24,000 bases of DNA from Fluctibacter halophilus (GCF_020687825.1 NZ_JAJEWP010000001.1:1248998-1272997); one strand, 5' to 3'. Shown: positions 1 through 10,167, numbered from the stretch's first letter. Made by a program: numbers and translations. Notes: a model not told the origin generated them from the letters alone.

Positions 1-2425
1 AATCCCTGGGCGCCGGTGGCGCCAGTACTTCTCGATTTCCATTATGTCCTGGTGCACTTACGACGCCACTATCCTGCATTTGTTCCACCAATCGTGCTGC
101 GCGATTGTAACCAATTCTGAATTTGCGCTGCACACTGGAGACCGACGCCCGTCGGGTTTCGGTAACAAAAGCAACCGCTTCGTCGTAGAACGCATCCAGT
201 TCCTGATCGCCACCCTCAGGCTGCTCGCCAGGCAGCAGCACTTCTGCACCACTGTCACCTGACAAGATTTCGTCGATGTATTGGGGTTTGCCGCGTTTCT
301 GCCAATCAGCAACCACGGCGTGAACTTCGTGGTCATCCACAAAGGCGCCATGAACGCGGGTCGGCACACCGGTACCCGGTGGTAAATACAACATGTCCCC
401 TGCCCCCAACAAGGTCTCTGCGCCTTGCTGGTCAAGGATGGTGCGCGAGTCAATTTTAGACGACACCTGAAACGCGATACGGGTTGGAATATTGGCTTTG
501 ATCAAACCGGTGATCACATCCACCGAAGGGCGCTGGGTGGCGAGGATAAGGTGAATACCCGCAGCACGTGCTTTTTGCGCAATACGGGCAATCAGTTCCT
601 CGACCTTTTTGCCGACAATCATCATCATATCGGCGAATTCGTCCACCACCACAACGATGGCAGGCAATTTGGTGAGATCCGGCGCTTCCTCTTCCATACT
701 TTCTTCCGCTTTCCATAGCGGGTCTTTGATCGGCTGACCGTCAGCGATGGCTTGTTCAACCTTGGCATTAAACCCTTTCAGGTTACGTACGCCAAGGGCC
801 GACATCAGTCTGTAGCGACGTTCCATTTCACCCACACACCAACGCAAGGCATTGGCTGCCTCTTTCATGTCGGTGACAACCTCTGCCAACAAGTGCGGGA
901 TCCCTTCATAGACCGACAACTCGAGCATTTTCGGGTCGATCATGATCATGCGCACGTCTTCCGGCGAGCTCTTGTACAACAAACTCAGGATCATGACGTT
1001 AACACCCACCGATTTACCCGAGCCCGTAGTACCCGCTACCAACAGGTGCGGCATCTTGGCCAAATCCACAATCACCGGCTTTCCGGAGATGTCAGCCCCC
1101 AACACCATGGTCAGTGCCGATGGGTTGGATTGAAACGCATCACAGGTGATCACCTCACTGAGACGGACCATCTCGCGGTTCTTATTCGGCAGCTCCAAAC
1201 CAATCACTGACTTGCCGGGGATAACTTCTACCACACGCACAGAAATCGCCGACATCGCGCGGGCCAAATCTTTGGACAGGCTGGAAATTTTACTGACCTT
1301 CACGCCGGGGGCGAGATCCAACTCGAAGCGGGTGATCACCGGTCCCGGATACACACCCACAACACGGGCCTCAATATTAAAGTCTGCCAGTTTGGCTTCG
1401 ACCAACCGGGCAATCCCTTCAAGCTCCTCTTCGCTGATGGGGTTCTTAATCTTATCTGGACGGTCGAGTAATTCGAATGACGGCAATGGTGCCATATCAG
1501 ACGCAACCGTGTCCTGTGCAACCTCATCAGCAGTGTGCGTGTTCGTGCCCGACGTTTCGCTGGTGGAAGACGAGGATGGTTTCTGCTTGTCGGATTTCGG
1601 CTTATCTGCACCGGTGATTTTACGTTTCAGCTCGGCAATTGACATGGTTTTAGGCGCCGGTTCAGGCTCAGCATCCACGAACACTTCATCAGGGATATCT
1701 TCTCCCTGCCAGGGTGGAACTGCGCCATTGTCAACAAGTGCTTCTTCCTGTGGTTCAGGGCGCAGACGGGTAATTTCTACTTCGGCTTGGGGCTCTGCTG
1801 CACGACGAAACGGCAACAGTGGCACATTGGCTGTCTGCAATCGGTGAGGCAATTGATAGGCCGTTACTCCCGTGTTGACGGTCCAGGCGCCAATCCGTTC
1901 TACGATCGTCAACCAGGATATTCCCGACAGTAAGGTGAAGCCCGTGCACACGAAACACAGCAGCACCAAGGTCGTGCCTGCCATGCTGAAGTAAGGGATG
2001 AGTGCGGCGCTGACCACGTCCCCGACGAACCCGCCGGCAGAAAAGTAATGAAAATCGTCAAAATTCATACTGAATAACCCGGTCACACCCAGCACAAACA
2101 GAATGAGGCCTATCAGACGAAGACCAATCGTCAGATAATCGAGTTCATGCAAGTGACGGGTTTGCTGGAACAGAAACCAGCCCAGGAATGCGCAGGCAAA
2201 CGGCAAGATATAGGCCACTGAGCCGAGTGCAAAAAACAGAATATCAGCAAACCAGGCCCCAATCGGACCGACCCAATTGTGTATATTGCCCTGCAATCCG
2301 GCCTGGCTCCAACTGGGGTCGGCAGGATTAAAAGACGTCAGGGCCAGCAGTAAGAAAAACGCAAAGGCAGCAGACAACATCATGCCCACTTCCATGATCC
2401 TTTGTATTCCGTTTAATCGCGCCAT
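1..2425 (-). CDS. ftsK: DNA translocase FtsK (N-terminus at 2425; C-terminal end runs off the window at position 1)
   Basis: Absent from the ORF track because it has no stop inside the window. Manual minus-strand translation from ATG (2425-2423) stays open in one frame to position 2. N-terminal membrane segments ([41 protein letters not shown]), an acidic/Pro-rich linker, Walker A GTTGSGKS, Walker [20 protein letters not shown], and a gamma-domain wHTH ([24 protein letters not shown]). The lrp-ftsK order matches E. coli. Confidence 0.95.
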   Translation of the reverse strand, partial: MARLNGIQRIMEVGMMLSAAFAFFLLLALTSFNPADPSWSQAGLQGNIHNWVGPIGAWFADILFFALGSVAYILPFACAFLGWFLFQQTRHLHELDYLTIGLRLIGLILFVLGVTGLFSMNFDDFHYFSAGGFVGDVVSAALIPYFSMAGTTLVLLCFVCTGFTLLSGISWLTIVERIGAWTVNTGVTAYQLPHRLQTANVPLLPFRRAAEPQAEVEITRLRPEPQEEALVDNGAVPPWQGEDIPDEVFVDAEPEPAPKTMSIAELKRKITGADKPKSDKQKPSSSSTSETSGTNTHTADEVAQDTVASDMAPLPSFELLDRPDKIKNPISEEELEGIARLVEAKLADFNIEARVVGVYPGPVITRFELDLAPGVKVSKISSLSKDLARAMSAISVRVVEVIPGKSVIGLELPNKNREMVRLSEVITCDAFQSNPSALTMVLGADISGKPVIVDLAKMPHLLVAGTTGSGKSVGVNVMILSLLYKSSPEDVRMIMIDPKMLELSVYEGIPHLLAEVVTDMKEAANALRWCVGEMERRYRLMSALGVRNLKGFNAKVEQAIADGQPIKDPLWKAEESMEEEAPDLTKLPAIVVVVDEFADMMMIVGKKVEELIARIAQKARAAGIHLILATQRPSVDVITGLIKANIPTRIAFQVSSKIDSRTILDQQGAETLLGAGDMLYLPPGTGVPTRVHGAFVDDHEVHAVVADWQKRGKPQYIDEILSGDSGAEVLLPGEQPEGGDQELDAFYDEAVAFVTETRRASVSSVQRKFRIGYNRAARLVEQMQDSGVVSAPGHNGNREVLAPPAPRD

Positions 2426-2545
2426 ATTCAGAGAAATTTTATCGTTATTATTTGGTGATTGTGTACCCCGGTTACCTTACCAAGACAGCGCTAAAAAGCC
2501 CAGTAAAAGGCAAGCTTTATCGCCTATTAATCACCATATTCACGG

Positions 2546-3034
2546 TCACGGTTTGAGATTGATTTTTAATTGACCAGTTTGTTTTACTTCTTCCATCACA
2601 ACATACGTCCGAGACTCACTGACACCAGGCAGTCTCAGCAACGTATCGCCAAGCAGCTTTCGGTAGCTGGACATATCGGCGACACGGGCCTTGAGCAAAA
2701 AATCAAAATTACCCGACACCAGATGACACTCGAGAATGTCATCATGCTTGCGCACCGCAGCAGAAAACTCTTCAAAAATATCGACCGAGGTTTTGGTCAG
2801 AGTGATTTCCACGAACACCAGCATTGCGGCGCCAAGTTTATGAGGGTCAAGGAGTGCGTGATAACCGGTGATATAGCCCTGTTGTTCAAGGCGCTTAACC
2901 CGTTCCAGGCAAGGACTGGCACTTAGGCCAACCTTTTTTGCCAGTTCAACGTTGGAAATCCGCCCATTCTGTTGCAAGGCAATGAGGATATTACGATCAA
3001 TACGATCAAGGTGTTTCGGGGTTTTAACCAGCAT
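2546..3034 (-). CDS. lrp: Leucine-responsive regulatory protein, Lrp/AsnC family transcription factor
   Basis: 162-aa ORF with an ATG start. N-terminal HTH (LDRIDRNILIALQQNGRISNVELAKKVGLSASPCLERVKRLEQQGYI) and a C-terminal RAM/AsnC ligand domain. Lies directly upstream of ftsK, as in enterobacteria. Confidence 0.9.
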   Translation of the reverse strand: MLVKTPKHLDRIDRNILIALQQNGRISNVELAKKVGLSASPCLERVKRLEQQGYITGYHALLDPHKLGAAMLVFVEITLTKTSVDIFEEFSAAVRKHDDILECHLVSGNFDFLLKARVADMSSYRKLLGDTLLRLPGVSESRTYVVMEEVKQTGQLKINLKP

Positions 3035-3166
3035 ATATTATTTTGCCAAACTGACCTTTTAAAGATGATTCTACCGTTTTTCCTCCATCTTCGGGAGTTA
3101 AAATTGGATTTTCTCTCCTATACTTGCGCTTTATTTTTATACCCTATTTTCCTTCAGGAGGGCGTC

Positions 3167-4297
3167 ATGCTCATCGGTGTACCAAAAGAAATTAAAAATC
3201 ACGAGTACCGTATCGGCCTCACTCCGGCTGCTGTTAAAGAATTTGTTGCTCACGGGCACGAGGTGATTGTCGAGAATAACGGCGGTCTGGCCATCGGATT
3301 TGATAACCAACAGTACATTGATGCAGGCGCTAGCATCATTGATAGCCCTGAAGAGATTTTCGCCCGTGCCGAAATGATCATTAAAGTCAAAGAGCCTCAG
3401 CCCAACGAGTGTAAGATGTTGCGCGAAGGCCAGACGTTGTATACCTATCTGCATCTGGCACCTGATCCGACTCAGACCGAGTTGTTGGTGGCGTCCGGCG
3501 CAACCTGTATCGCCTATGAAACCGTCACCGACGCCCGCGGTGCCCTGCCTTTGCTGGCGCCAATGAGTGAAGTTGCCGGACGCATGTCGGTACAGGCTGG
3601 TGCGCATTATCTGGAGAAAGCCCAGGGCGGCAGCGGCACATTATTGGGTGGCGTACCGGGTGTAGCACCTGGAAAAGTGTTGGTTATCGGTGGTGGCGTG
3701 GTCGGCACCAATGCGGCCAAAATGGCCTTAGGACTGGGTGCTGACGTGACCATCCTGGATCGTTCGTTGACCCGTCTGCGTGAGATTGACGACATCTTCA
3801 ACGGCCAGGTTAAAACGGTATTCTCCACCGTCGATGCTATCGAGCACTATTCTTCAAAAGCCGACTTAGTGGTTGGTGCTGTCCTCATCCCAGGTGCGGC
3901 AGCCCCCAAACTGCTGACCCGCGAGCACATCAAAAACATGAAAGAAGGCTCTGTTGTGGTCGATGTGGCCATCGACCAGGGTGGTTGTTTTGAAACCTCA
4001 AAAGCCACTACACACCAGGACCCGGTGTATGTCGTCGATGGCGTTGTACACTACTGCGTTGCCAACATGCCCGGTGGTGTTGCGAGAACCTCTACCATGG
4101 CACTGAACAATGCCACCCTGCCTTTTGGTCTGGCGCTTGCCAACAAAGGGCCGAAACAAGCGATGCTTGACGATGCCCATTTACTCAATGGTCTTAACGT
4201 TCACAAAGGCAAAGTCACTTACAAAGCGGTGATCGATGCGTTGGGTGATTCCCTGAACCTGACTTACGCAGACCCGCGCAGCGCGCTCAGTGAATAA
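3167..4297 (+). CDS. ald: Alanine dehydrogenase (NAD-dependent)
   Basis: The track ORF 2972-4297 is an over-extension. ATG at 3167 follows the SD AGGAGG (3156-3161) and gives the canonical N-terminus [20 protein letters not shown]. Rossmann motif [28 protein letters not shown]. Full-length AlaDH/PNT-family similarity. Confidence 0.93.
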   Translation: MLIGVPKEIKNHEYRIGLTPAAVKEFVAHGHEVIVENNGGLAIGFDNQQYIDAGASIIDSPEEIFARAEMIIKVKEPQPNECKMLREGQTLYTYLHLAPDPTQTELLVASGATCIAYETVTDARGALPLLAPMSEVAGRMSVQAGAHYLEKAQGGSGTLLGGVPGVAPGKVLVIGGGVVGTNAAKMALGLGADVTILDRSLTRLREIDDIFNGQVKTVFSTVDAIEHYSSKADLVVGAVLIPGAAAPKLLTREHIKNMKEGSVVVDVAIDQGGCFETSKATTHQDPVYVVDGVVHYCVANMPGGVARTSTMALNNATLPFGLALANKGPKQAMLDDAHLLNGLNVHKGKVTYKAVIDALGDSLNLTYADPRSALSE

Positions 4298-4312
4298 GCG
4301 ATATCCGTTAAA

Positions 4313-4343
4313 TAAAAAAGCGAGGCCATGCCTCGCTTTTTTT
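4313..4343. terminator. Bidirectional rho-independent terminator between ald and ggt
   Basis: A-run, then GCGAGGC / GCCTCGC stem with a short loop (4320-4336), then a T-run (4337-4343). Sits between the convergent stop codons at 4297 and 4363. Confidence 0.8.
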
Positions 4344-4362
4344 ATGTTCTGAACAAACCGCG

Positions 4363-6114
4363 CTATTCGCCGACCGCTACGCCTTCGCGACGGGGATCTG
4401 CGCCGCCGATCAACTTGCCATCGCGCAACATGATACCGTGCAATCCACTGTTAAGGTCGATGATCTTAACTTCATGGCCCCGTTGTTCAAACGCCGCTTT
4501 GAGGGCTTCCAATGAAGTGCCCTTTTCCAGCGCCGTGTAATCATTGCGATTGGTGATCTTAGGCAGGTTGATGGCTTGCTGAATATCCAGCTGCCAATCC
4601 AATACCCCAATCAGCGTTTGGGTCACGTAACTGATGATACGACTGCCTCCCGGCGATCCCAATACCAGGTTCAGTGAACCGTCTTGGTTAAACACCATGG
4701 TTGGGCTCATCGCACTGCGTGGTCGTTTTCCAGGCTCGACACGGTTTAACGCCGGATAACCATTCTGGGACGGAGACAACGAAAAATCGGTCAACTGGTT
4801 GTTGAGCATGAACCCCTCGACCATCAATCCGGAACCAAACGCAAATTCTATCGATGTGGTCATAGATACCGCATTCCCTTCGCTATCGACAATAGCAATA
4901 TGGCTGGTATTGGGTAACTCAAACGCCGTATCAATGCCCCAAAAGCCGCTGGAGTAAGGCGTTCCGGGTCGGGCATAACCCATGTCTTTTTCAGGCTTAA
5001 TGGACTCCGCCCGGCGACTCAGGTAGGTGTTGTTGATCAGTGCGCCAAATGGCAACTGGGTGAAATCACTGTCCGCCACGTACACGCTGCGATCCGCGTA
5101 GGCCAGCCGTGATGCCTGGGTGAACAGGTGCAACGCGTTAATATCATTGGGCGCATATTTGCTCAGCTCATACGGCTCCAGCATTTTAAGGATCTGCAGA
5201 ACATTGATCCCCCCTGAGCTGGGAGGCGCCATGCCGCACACTTTATACACGCGGTATTTACCGCAAACGGCAGAACGACGCTTGGCCTTGTATTGTGCGA
5301 AGTCTTCTGCGGTCAATACACCCGGGTTAATGGGAGAGTTCTGTACGGTTTCAGCAATCTGCTTGGCCAACTCGCCTTTATAGAGATAGTCAGCGCCGTC
5401 TCTGGCGATGCCCATCAGCACCTTCGCCAATTTGCGGTTTTTACGCAGGTATCCCAATTTCAGCGGTTCACCACCGGGATAAAAGTAGGCATTGCTTTCA
5501 GTAAACTCCCGCAAGCCCGGATGAAAATCCATCGCCACCAGTCGTGCCAGCCGGTTGGACACTTTAAAGCCGTTCTCGGCCATCATCGAGGCGTCTGAAA
5601 ACAGGGTCTCCCACGGCAACTTTCCGTATGCCTGATGGGCCATTTCCAGTGCTTTGAGGGCACCGGGCACCCCAACAGAGCGTCCACCAACAACGGCATC
5701 GCGCCACTTCATTACGCTACCGTCTTTATTGGTGAACAGGTAGGCATTGACATTTTCTGGAGCCGTTTCCCGGCCGTCAAAGGTATGCAGTTGCTTGGTT
5801 TTGTTGTCCCAATACAGGATGAAGGCACCACCACCAATCCCTGAGGATTGCGGCTCAACCAGGGTCAACATGGCCTGTACGGCAATCGCCGCATCTATCG
5901 CACTGCCGCCCCGTTTTAAGACATTTTTACCGGCCCATGAAGCATATGGATTTGCCGCACTGACCATGTAATTTTCTGCGACATAGGCCTTTTTCTGATC
6001 ATACCCTGTGGCGGCTTCCGGTTCCCGGTCTTCTCGTTCATCGATCTGTGCAAGCGAAAATACGCTGACGAGACCCAATAAAAGGCCGCTTAGTTTAACT
6101 ACTGACACACACAC
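4363..6114 (-). CDS. ggt: Gamma-glutamyltranspeptidase (periplasmic, Ntn-hydrolase)
   Basis: 583-aa ORF with a signal peptide (VKLSGLLLGLVSVFSLAQ), an autoprocessing/catalytic Thr context (ELPN-TSHIAIVDSEGNAVSMTTSIE), and a GGADPRREG C-terminus. The track start at 6114 is a GTG overlapping the AGGAG SD (6118-6114). The in-frame GTG at 6108 has better SD spacing and may be the true start. Confidence 0.9.
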   Translation of the reverse strand: MCVSVVKLSGLLLGLVSVFSLAQIDEREDREPEAATGYDQKKAYVAENYMVSAANPYASWAGKNVLKRGGSAIDAAIAVQAMLTLVEPQSSGIGGGAFILYWDNKTKQLHTFDGRETAPENVNAYLFTNKDGSVMKWRDAVVGGRSVGVPGALKALEMAHQAYGKLPWETLFSDASMMAENGFKVSNRLARLVAMDFHPGLREFTESNAYFYPGGEPLKLGYLRKNRKLAKVLMGIARDGADYLYKGELAKQIAETVQNSPINPGVLTAEDFAQYKAKRRSAVCGKYRVYKVCGMAPPSSGGINVLQILKMLEPYELSKYAPNDINALHLFTQASRLAYADRSVYVADSDFTQLPFGALINNTYLSRRAESIKPEKDMGYARPGTPYSSGFWGIDTAFELPNTSHIAIVDSEGNAVSMTTSIEFAFGSGLMVEGFMLNNQLTDFSLSPSQNGYPALNRVEPGKRPRSAMSPTMVFNQDGSLNLVLGSPGGSRIISYVTQTLIGVLDWQLDIQQAINLPKITNRNDYTALEKGTSLEALKAAFEQRGHEVKIIDLNSGLHGIMLRDGKLIGGADPRREGVAVGE

Positions 6115-6146
6115 TCCTGATTATTATTTGTTTAACGCTGTCAGAC

Positions 6147-6914
6147 TTAACGATAAATGGACGGATCCGGCTGGCGCTTCTCCAGGAACGCTCGGAACGC
6201 TTCCTGGGCCGGGGCTGAAGCCATCTGCTCGATGAACAAATCCAACTCATCATTCATGTGCAACAACACGGCGTCCTGATCCTGCTTCATTAAAGATTTG
6301 GTGTGCAGCAGGGCCTGACGAGGCTTACCAACCAATTGGGTAACAACCTGCTCAAGACATTCTGACAAAGCGCTGTCTGGCACAACATGGCTGACAATAC
6401 CACATTGTTCAGCATCACTGGCGCCAAACGGCTCAGCCAGCATTAACCAGCGACTCGCTTTACGGTGACCAGCCAGTTTTGGCAATAGATAGCTTGATGC
6501 ATATTCAGGTACCAGCCCCAGGTTCACAAAGGGCAATGAAAAGCGCGCGTTGTCGGCGCATACCACCAAATCACAATGCAATAACAGTGTTGTACCGATC
6601 CCGACTGCCAGCCCACGAACTTCTGCAACCACCGGTAACGGGCAGTCCATCAATGCCCGCATAAACCGCACAGTTTCACCCACCTGCTCAGACTCGCCGG
6701 CTGCGGCAAAATCTTGCATGTCATTGCCAGCGGTAAAACAGTCCCCATCTGCGCTTAGTACCACAACTTTGGCCTGTGGGTCCTGCGTCGCCACTTCCAG
6801 TGCATCAGCCAACAGACCATACATACGCTGGTTTAACGCGTTTTTCTTCTCCGCTCGAGCCAAGGTGATTCTGTGAACGGATTGTTCTACCTTGATACGC
6901 ACCAGCTCCGACAT
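6147..6914 (-). CDS. Enoyl-CoA hydratase/isomerase (crotonase) family protein
   Basis: ATG at 6914 is preceded by AGGAG (6925-6921, 6-nt spacing). The track start at 6944 adds 10 codons with no SD. Crotonase-fold signatures are present (VVVLSADGDCFTAGNDMQDF; RGLAVGIGTTLLLHCDLVV). Substrate not assignable. Confidence 0.85.
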   Translation of the reverse strand: MSELVRIKVEQSVHRITLARAEKKNALNQRMYGLLADALEVATQDPQAKVVVLSADGDCFTAGNDMQDFAAAGESEQVGETVRFMRALMDCPLPVVAEVRGLAVGIGTTLLLHCDLVVCADNARFSLPFVNLGLVPEYASSYLLPKLAGHRKASRWLMLAEPFGASDAEQCGIVSHVVPDSALSECLEQVVTQLVGKPRQALLHTKSLMKQDQDAVLLHMNDELDLFIEQMASAPAQEAFRAFLEKRQPDPSIYR

Positions 6915-7013
6915 GACAAACTCCTGTGATTTTGGGCGACACACTTTTTTTCAATGGGGTCGCGGACTTTTTGTTGGTTTGCCGTATCATAACCCGATAT
7001 TCATTTATTTTTC

Positions 7014-7631
7014 ATGGCCATGTTACGACTTCCTATGACTTTTAGGGCCCTTGCCGGTCCGGTTTTCATTACCCTACTTGCGATCGCTGCGGCCCTGTCG
7101 CCAGCATCCCTCTATGACACCCTTGCTTATGACCGATATGCAGTCCAAGGGTTCGAGCTTTGGCGTATGCTGACAGCCAACCTGTTACACACCAACACCA
7201 ATCATCTGCTATTAAACCTCGCCGGTTTATCATTGTTGTGGGCATTGCACGGAGATGCTTACCGTTTCTGGCGCTACATGATGATCATGGTGTTGTGTGC
7301 GTTGGCGACGACATTGGGGATCCTGTTGTTTTCTCCCCAGTTAATTGGCTATGTAGGATTGTCGGGCGCTTTACATGGATTGTTTGTGTGGGGGGCAATC
7401 GATGACATCCGTCGCAAAGACGTCACTGGCTGGTTTTTGTTACTGGGCGTGGTTGTAAAAATCGCCTGGGAACAGTGGCAAGGCGCCAGCGATAGCATGG
7501 CAACATTGATCAACGCGAGCGTCGCCGTCGATGCCCATGCTTACGGCGCACTTGGCGGTCTGGTGTGTGCTTTATTGATCCGCGCCAGTGGTCAGTTGCC
7601 CCAATTCAATACCCAGAAAAAAGCCCCGTAA
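7014..7631 (+). CDS. Rhombosortase-like rhomboid-family intramembrane serine protease
   Basis: 205-aa polytopic membrane protein. Rhomboid Ser motif GLSGALHG, His motif AHAYGALGG, and WR...H....H..N motif (ELWRMLTANLLHTNTNHLLLNLAGL). Its small size fits the rhombosortase (GlyGly-CTERM processing) subfamily better than GlpG. The alternative ATG at 7020 is possible. Confidence 0.7.
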   Translation: MAMLRLPMTFRALAGPVFITLLAIAAALSPASLYDTLAYDRYAVQGFELWRMLTANLLHTNTNHLLLNLAGLSLLWALHGDAYRFWRYMMIMVLCALATTLGILLFSPQLIGYVGLSGALHGLFVWGAIDDIRRKDVTGWFLLLGVVVKIAWEQWQGASDSMATLINASVAVDAHAYGALGGLVCALLIRASGQLPQFNTQKKAP

Positions 7632-7648
7632 AACGGGGCTTTTTTTTA
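7612..7648. terminator. Bidirectional rho-independent terminator shared by the rhomboid gene and the S9 peptidase gene
   Basis: A-run (7612-7621), AGCCCCG (7622-7628) / CGGGGCT (7634-7640) stem, T-run (7640-7647). The TAA stop of the + strand gene (7629-7631) lies in the loop. The minus-strand gene stops at 7650. Confidence 0.85.
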
Positions 7649-7649
7649 A

Positions 7650-10139
7650 TTACAGTTCTTGTTCGAACAGTTTATAGATACGCCGGTATTCATCCAACCA
7701 GGAACTAGGCTGGACAAACCCATGAGGTTCCACCGGATAAATTGCGGTTTCGAAGTTTTCCTTCTCCAGTTCAATCAGGCGTTGAACCAGTCGCACCACA
7801 TCCACGAAGAACACGTTGTCGTCTACCATCGGTGCATTGATCAACAACGGATCTTCCAGTCCTTCGGCAAAATACAGCGGTGAACTGCGACGATAAGCAA
7901 TCGGATCAATGTCCGGCAGGTTGAGGATATTTGATGTGTAAGGGAGGTTGTAATGTGCCCAGTCAGTTACCGGACGTAGGGCAGCCCCGGCCTCGAACAG
8001 ATCCGGTGCGGTGAACAACGCCATAAAGGTCATAAAGCCACCATAAGATCCGCCATAGGTACCGATACGACCGCGATCAACATTGGCATTTTCAACCAAC
8101 CAGTTAACCCCGTCACGCAGGTCCTGGATTTCAGGGGTACCCATCTGACGATAAATGGCGGTACGCCAATCCCTTCCGTAACCCATCGAGGCACGATAAT
8201 CCATGTCCATTACGACGTAACCCTGTTGGGCGAGCATGTTGTGGAACATGAATTCGCGGAAATAACCCGACCATCCCAGATGGGCGTTTTGCAGGTAACC
8301 GGCACCGTGATTGAAAATGACCGCACGGCGTTTTTCACCCTGCTCCACGTTTTGTGGGTAGTACACACGAGAAAAAATCGGTTGTTGCGTATGCGATGAC
8401 GCCACCGGCACGATTGCTGGCGCTTGCCAGTCTATCTGCGCGAATGCTTCACTGACCGTATGGGTAAGACGGGCAACAGGCTGATTTCCACCCACCCTGG
8501 CGTGATACAGTTCAGGTGGTTGGGTCAGCTTGGAATGGGTTAGCAGCAGATGCTGTTCATCCGGGCTTAACACATAATCGGTGTATCCATTCAGGTCAGT
8601 CTGCGCCTGTATTTCTCCTCCACTCGCAGCAACCCGGTAAATTTCATAAATGCCAGGGTGCTTGATATTAGCCTGGAAGTAGAAATAGCTATCATCGTGA
8701 GTCAGCGTTATCTCATCCACTTCATAGCGCCCGGATGTCAGCGCTTTGGGTTTGGCGCCAGGCACCTGGGTATACAGGTGAGCATATCCACTGTGCTCAG
8801 ACAAGTACCACAGGGTTGCACTGTTGTTTAACCAACCGAAACTGTTGAACTTGTAGTTAATCCAGGCTTCATCGTGCAAACGATGTTGACTGACCAACTG
8901 ACCTTGCTTGAAATCCACTGTCGCAATCCAGCGATCCTTGTTGTCCCACGCTTCCAGCATGATCGCAACGGTTGAACCATTGCTGTGCCATTGAATTGCA
9001 CTCTGATCCCAATACCAATCGACCATCAAGCCAATCTCCCGGGGCAGGCGGTTAGCTTGGTAGGTTTCCCCCCGTGCTTCGGCGTTTTCACGTTTCACGT
9101 CTGCCAGAACGTCTTCGTTGAATCCGGGTAACGTCTGGTAAGACAGGGACCGTTTCTCGCCACGTTGCAAATCCATTAACCACAGGGATTGATCCTGCGG
9201 TTTGGCATCAGCGACCCGCTGACGAACTTTTTCCGGTTTGATACGTCCGTCTTCACCGATGTAGTTGGGCATAATGTCGCCGTCACTGCGGGAAGGCTTG
9301 TCTTCGGTTTCACTAACGATCAACCAACGCCCGTTAGGTGACAGACTCGCTTCCACCGTTCGATGTGAAGCCGGCAGATAGAAAGGCTCTGGGACAGTGG
9401 TCGGGTTTTCCTTCAGGATCTGTTGGCGCTTGGCAAAACGCTGTTCCCGTTGGGTGCGTTGCAACGCGACGTAGTCAATCAGCGCAACCTGCTCCTTGGC
9501 AATAAAATCCTGTGGATCCTCGTTAGCCTTTGGTTCATCTTTAAATGTCCAGTGTGCCAGCAGCTCAGTCATCCCTGAGTACACATCAATGGCAAAAAAA
9601 CGATCCCCGGATTGATAGGATAAACGGCCATCGAGAAGAAATTGCAGATTGTGGGGTGACTGCTGATCACGAGTGAGTTGACGGATCTCACCGCTGTCGA
9701 GCAATTCAACGAACAAATTGCCTTCAAAGCGCCAGGCCTTAACATTACGTTGCTGGTTATACACAGCACCATCGTCGCCCGCCGTGTGCAACTCACTGAG
9801 CGCGACTTTTTGTCCGTTAGTGGTGTCATTTATGTGGGTTTTAAACAGATCCTTTATCGGACTACCTTGCTGTTTCTGCTGATAGTACACTGTCGTACTA
9901 TCACTGCCCCAGTAGGCGTCCTCAGGTTCTCTGCCAATCCAATCCGGGTCGGCCATAATCTGTGTCAGCGTCAACGGCTTGTCAGGGTCAGGCATCGATG
10001 CAGAGGCGTCAATCACTGCCGTTGCTACAACGGCAACATTGCTTGATGACTGAGTTTCCACACTGTTTTGCGTTGCAGCACAGGCTGATAAGCTGGCGCA
10101 GACAACAGCCAGTGAAAATCGCTTGGCGAAGTTGGTCAT
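7650..10139 (-). CDS. Prolyl oligopeptidase/DPP-IV (S9) family serine peptidase, predicted lipoprotein
   Basis: 829-aa ORF with ATG at 10139 and AGGA 7 nt upstream. Lipobox signal peptide (MTNFAKRFSLAVVCASLSAC). Long N-terminal beta-propeller-type region. C-terminal alpha/beta hydrolase with nucleophile GGSYGG, Asp (PMVDDNV) and His (EPHGF). Confidence 0.9.
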   Translation of the reverse strand: MTNFAKRFSLAVVCASLSACAATQNSVETQSSSNVAVVATAVIDASASMPDPDKPLTLTQIMADPDWIGREPEDAYWGSDSTTVYYQQKQQGSPIKDLFKTHINDTTNGQKVALSELHTAGDDGAVYNQQRNVKAWRFEGNLFVELLDSGEIRQLTRDQQSPHNLQFLLDGRLSYQSGDRFFAIDVYSGMTELLAHWTFKDEPKANEDPQDFIAKEQVALIDYVALQRTQREQRFAKRQQILKENPTTVPEPFYLPASHRTVEASLSPNGRWLIVSETEDKPSRSDGDIMPNYIGEDGRIKPEKVRQRVADAKPQDQSLWLMDLQRGEKRSLSYQTLPGFNEDVLADVKRENAEARGETYQANRLPREIGLMVDWYWDQSAIQWHSNGSTVAIMLEAWDNKDRWIATVDFKQGQLVSQHRLHDEAWINYKFNSFGWLNNSATLWYLSEHSGYAHLYTQVPGAKPKALTSGRYEVDEITLTHDDSYFYFQANIKHPGIYEIYRVAASGGEIQAQTDLNGYTDYVLSPDEQHLLLTHSKLTQPPELYHARVGGNQPVARLTHTVSEAFAQIDWQAPAIVPVASSHTQQPIFSRVYYPQNVEQGEKRRAVIFNHGAGYLQNAHLGWSGYFREFMFHNMLAQQGYVVMDMDYRASMGYGRDWRTAIYRQMGTPEIQDLRDGVNWLVENANVDRGRIGTYGGSYGGFMTFMALFTAPDLFEAGAALRPVTDWAHYNLPYTSNILNLPDIDPIAYRRSSPLYFAEGLEDPLLINAPMVDDNVFFVDVVRLVQRLIELEKENFETAIYPVEPHGFVQPSSWLDEYRRIYKLFEQEL

Positions 10140-10167
10140 TGGTAATCCTAAGCGTTGTTTTTATAAT
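10139..10167 (+). promoter_or_regulatory. Putative sigma70 promoter for the glutathione peroxidase gene (TTGGTA-N17-TATAAT)
   Basis: -35 TTGGTA (10139-10144), 17-nt spacer, perfect -10 TATAAT (10162-10167). This implies a roughly 130-nt leader. Motif match only. Confidence 0.35.

Noticed and set aside
752-1847. Plus-strand ORFs of 152, 63 and 233 aa (752-1210, 942-1133, 1146-1847)
   Set aside because: All are antisense to the continuous ftsK frame, whose Walker A/B motifs and gamma domain were read directly. The 233-aa one is low-complexity Ser/Thr/Ala-rich, mirroring the acidic ftsK linker.
2426-2545. SOS (LexA) box upstream of ftsK, by analogy with the E. coli dinH/ftsK promoter
   Set aside because: No CTGT-N8-ACAG match on either strand. 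The single ACAG in the spacer has TACC, not CTGT, at the required distance.
2972-3166. 65-codon N-terminal extension of the ald ORF as given in the track
   Set aside because: The extension overlaps the lrp start on the other strand and has no SD. The ATG at 3167 has an AGGAGG SD and reproduces the conserved AlaDH N-terminus [10 protein letters not shown].
6105-6114. (AC)5/(GT)5 dinucleotide run spanning the ggt SD-start region, as a possible slipped-strand phase-variation switch
   Set aside because: Five units is shorter than the tracts usually associated with phase variation. The run lies at or before the start codon, where it only creates start-site ambiguity (GTG 6114 versus GTG 6108). 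There is no evidence of variability from a single sequence.
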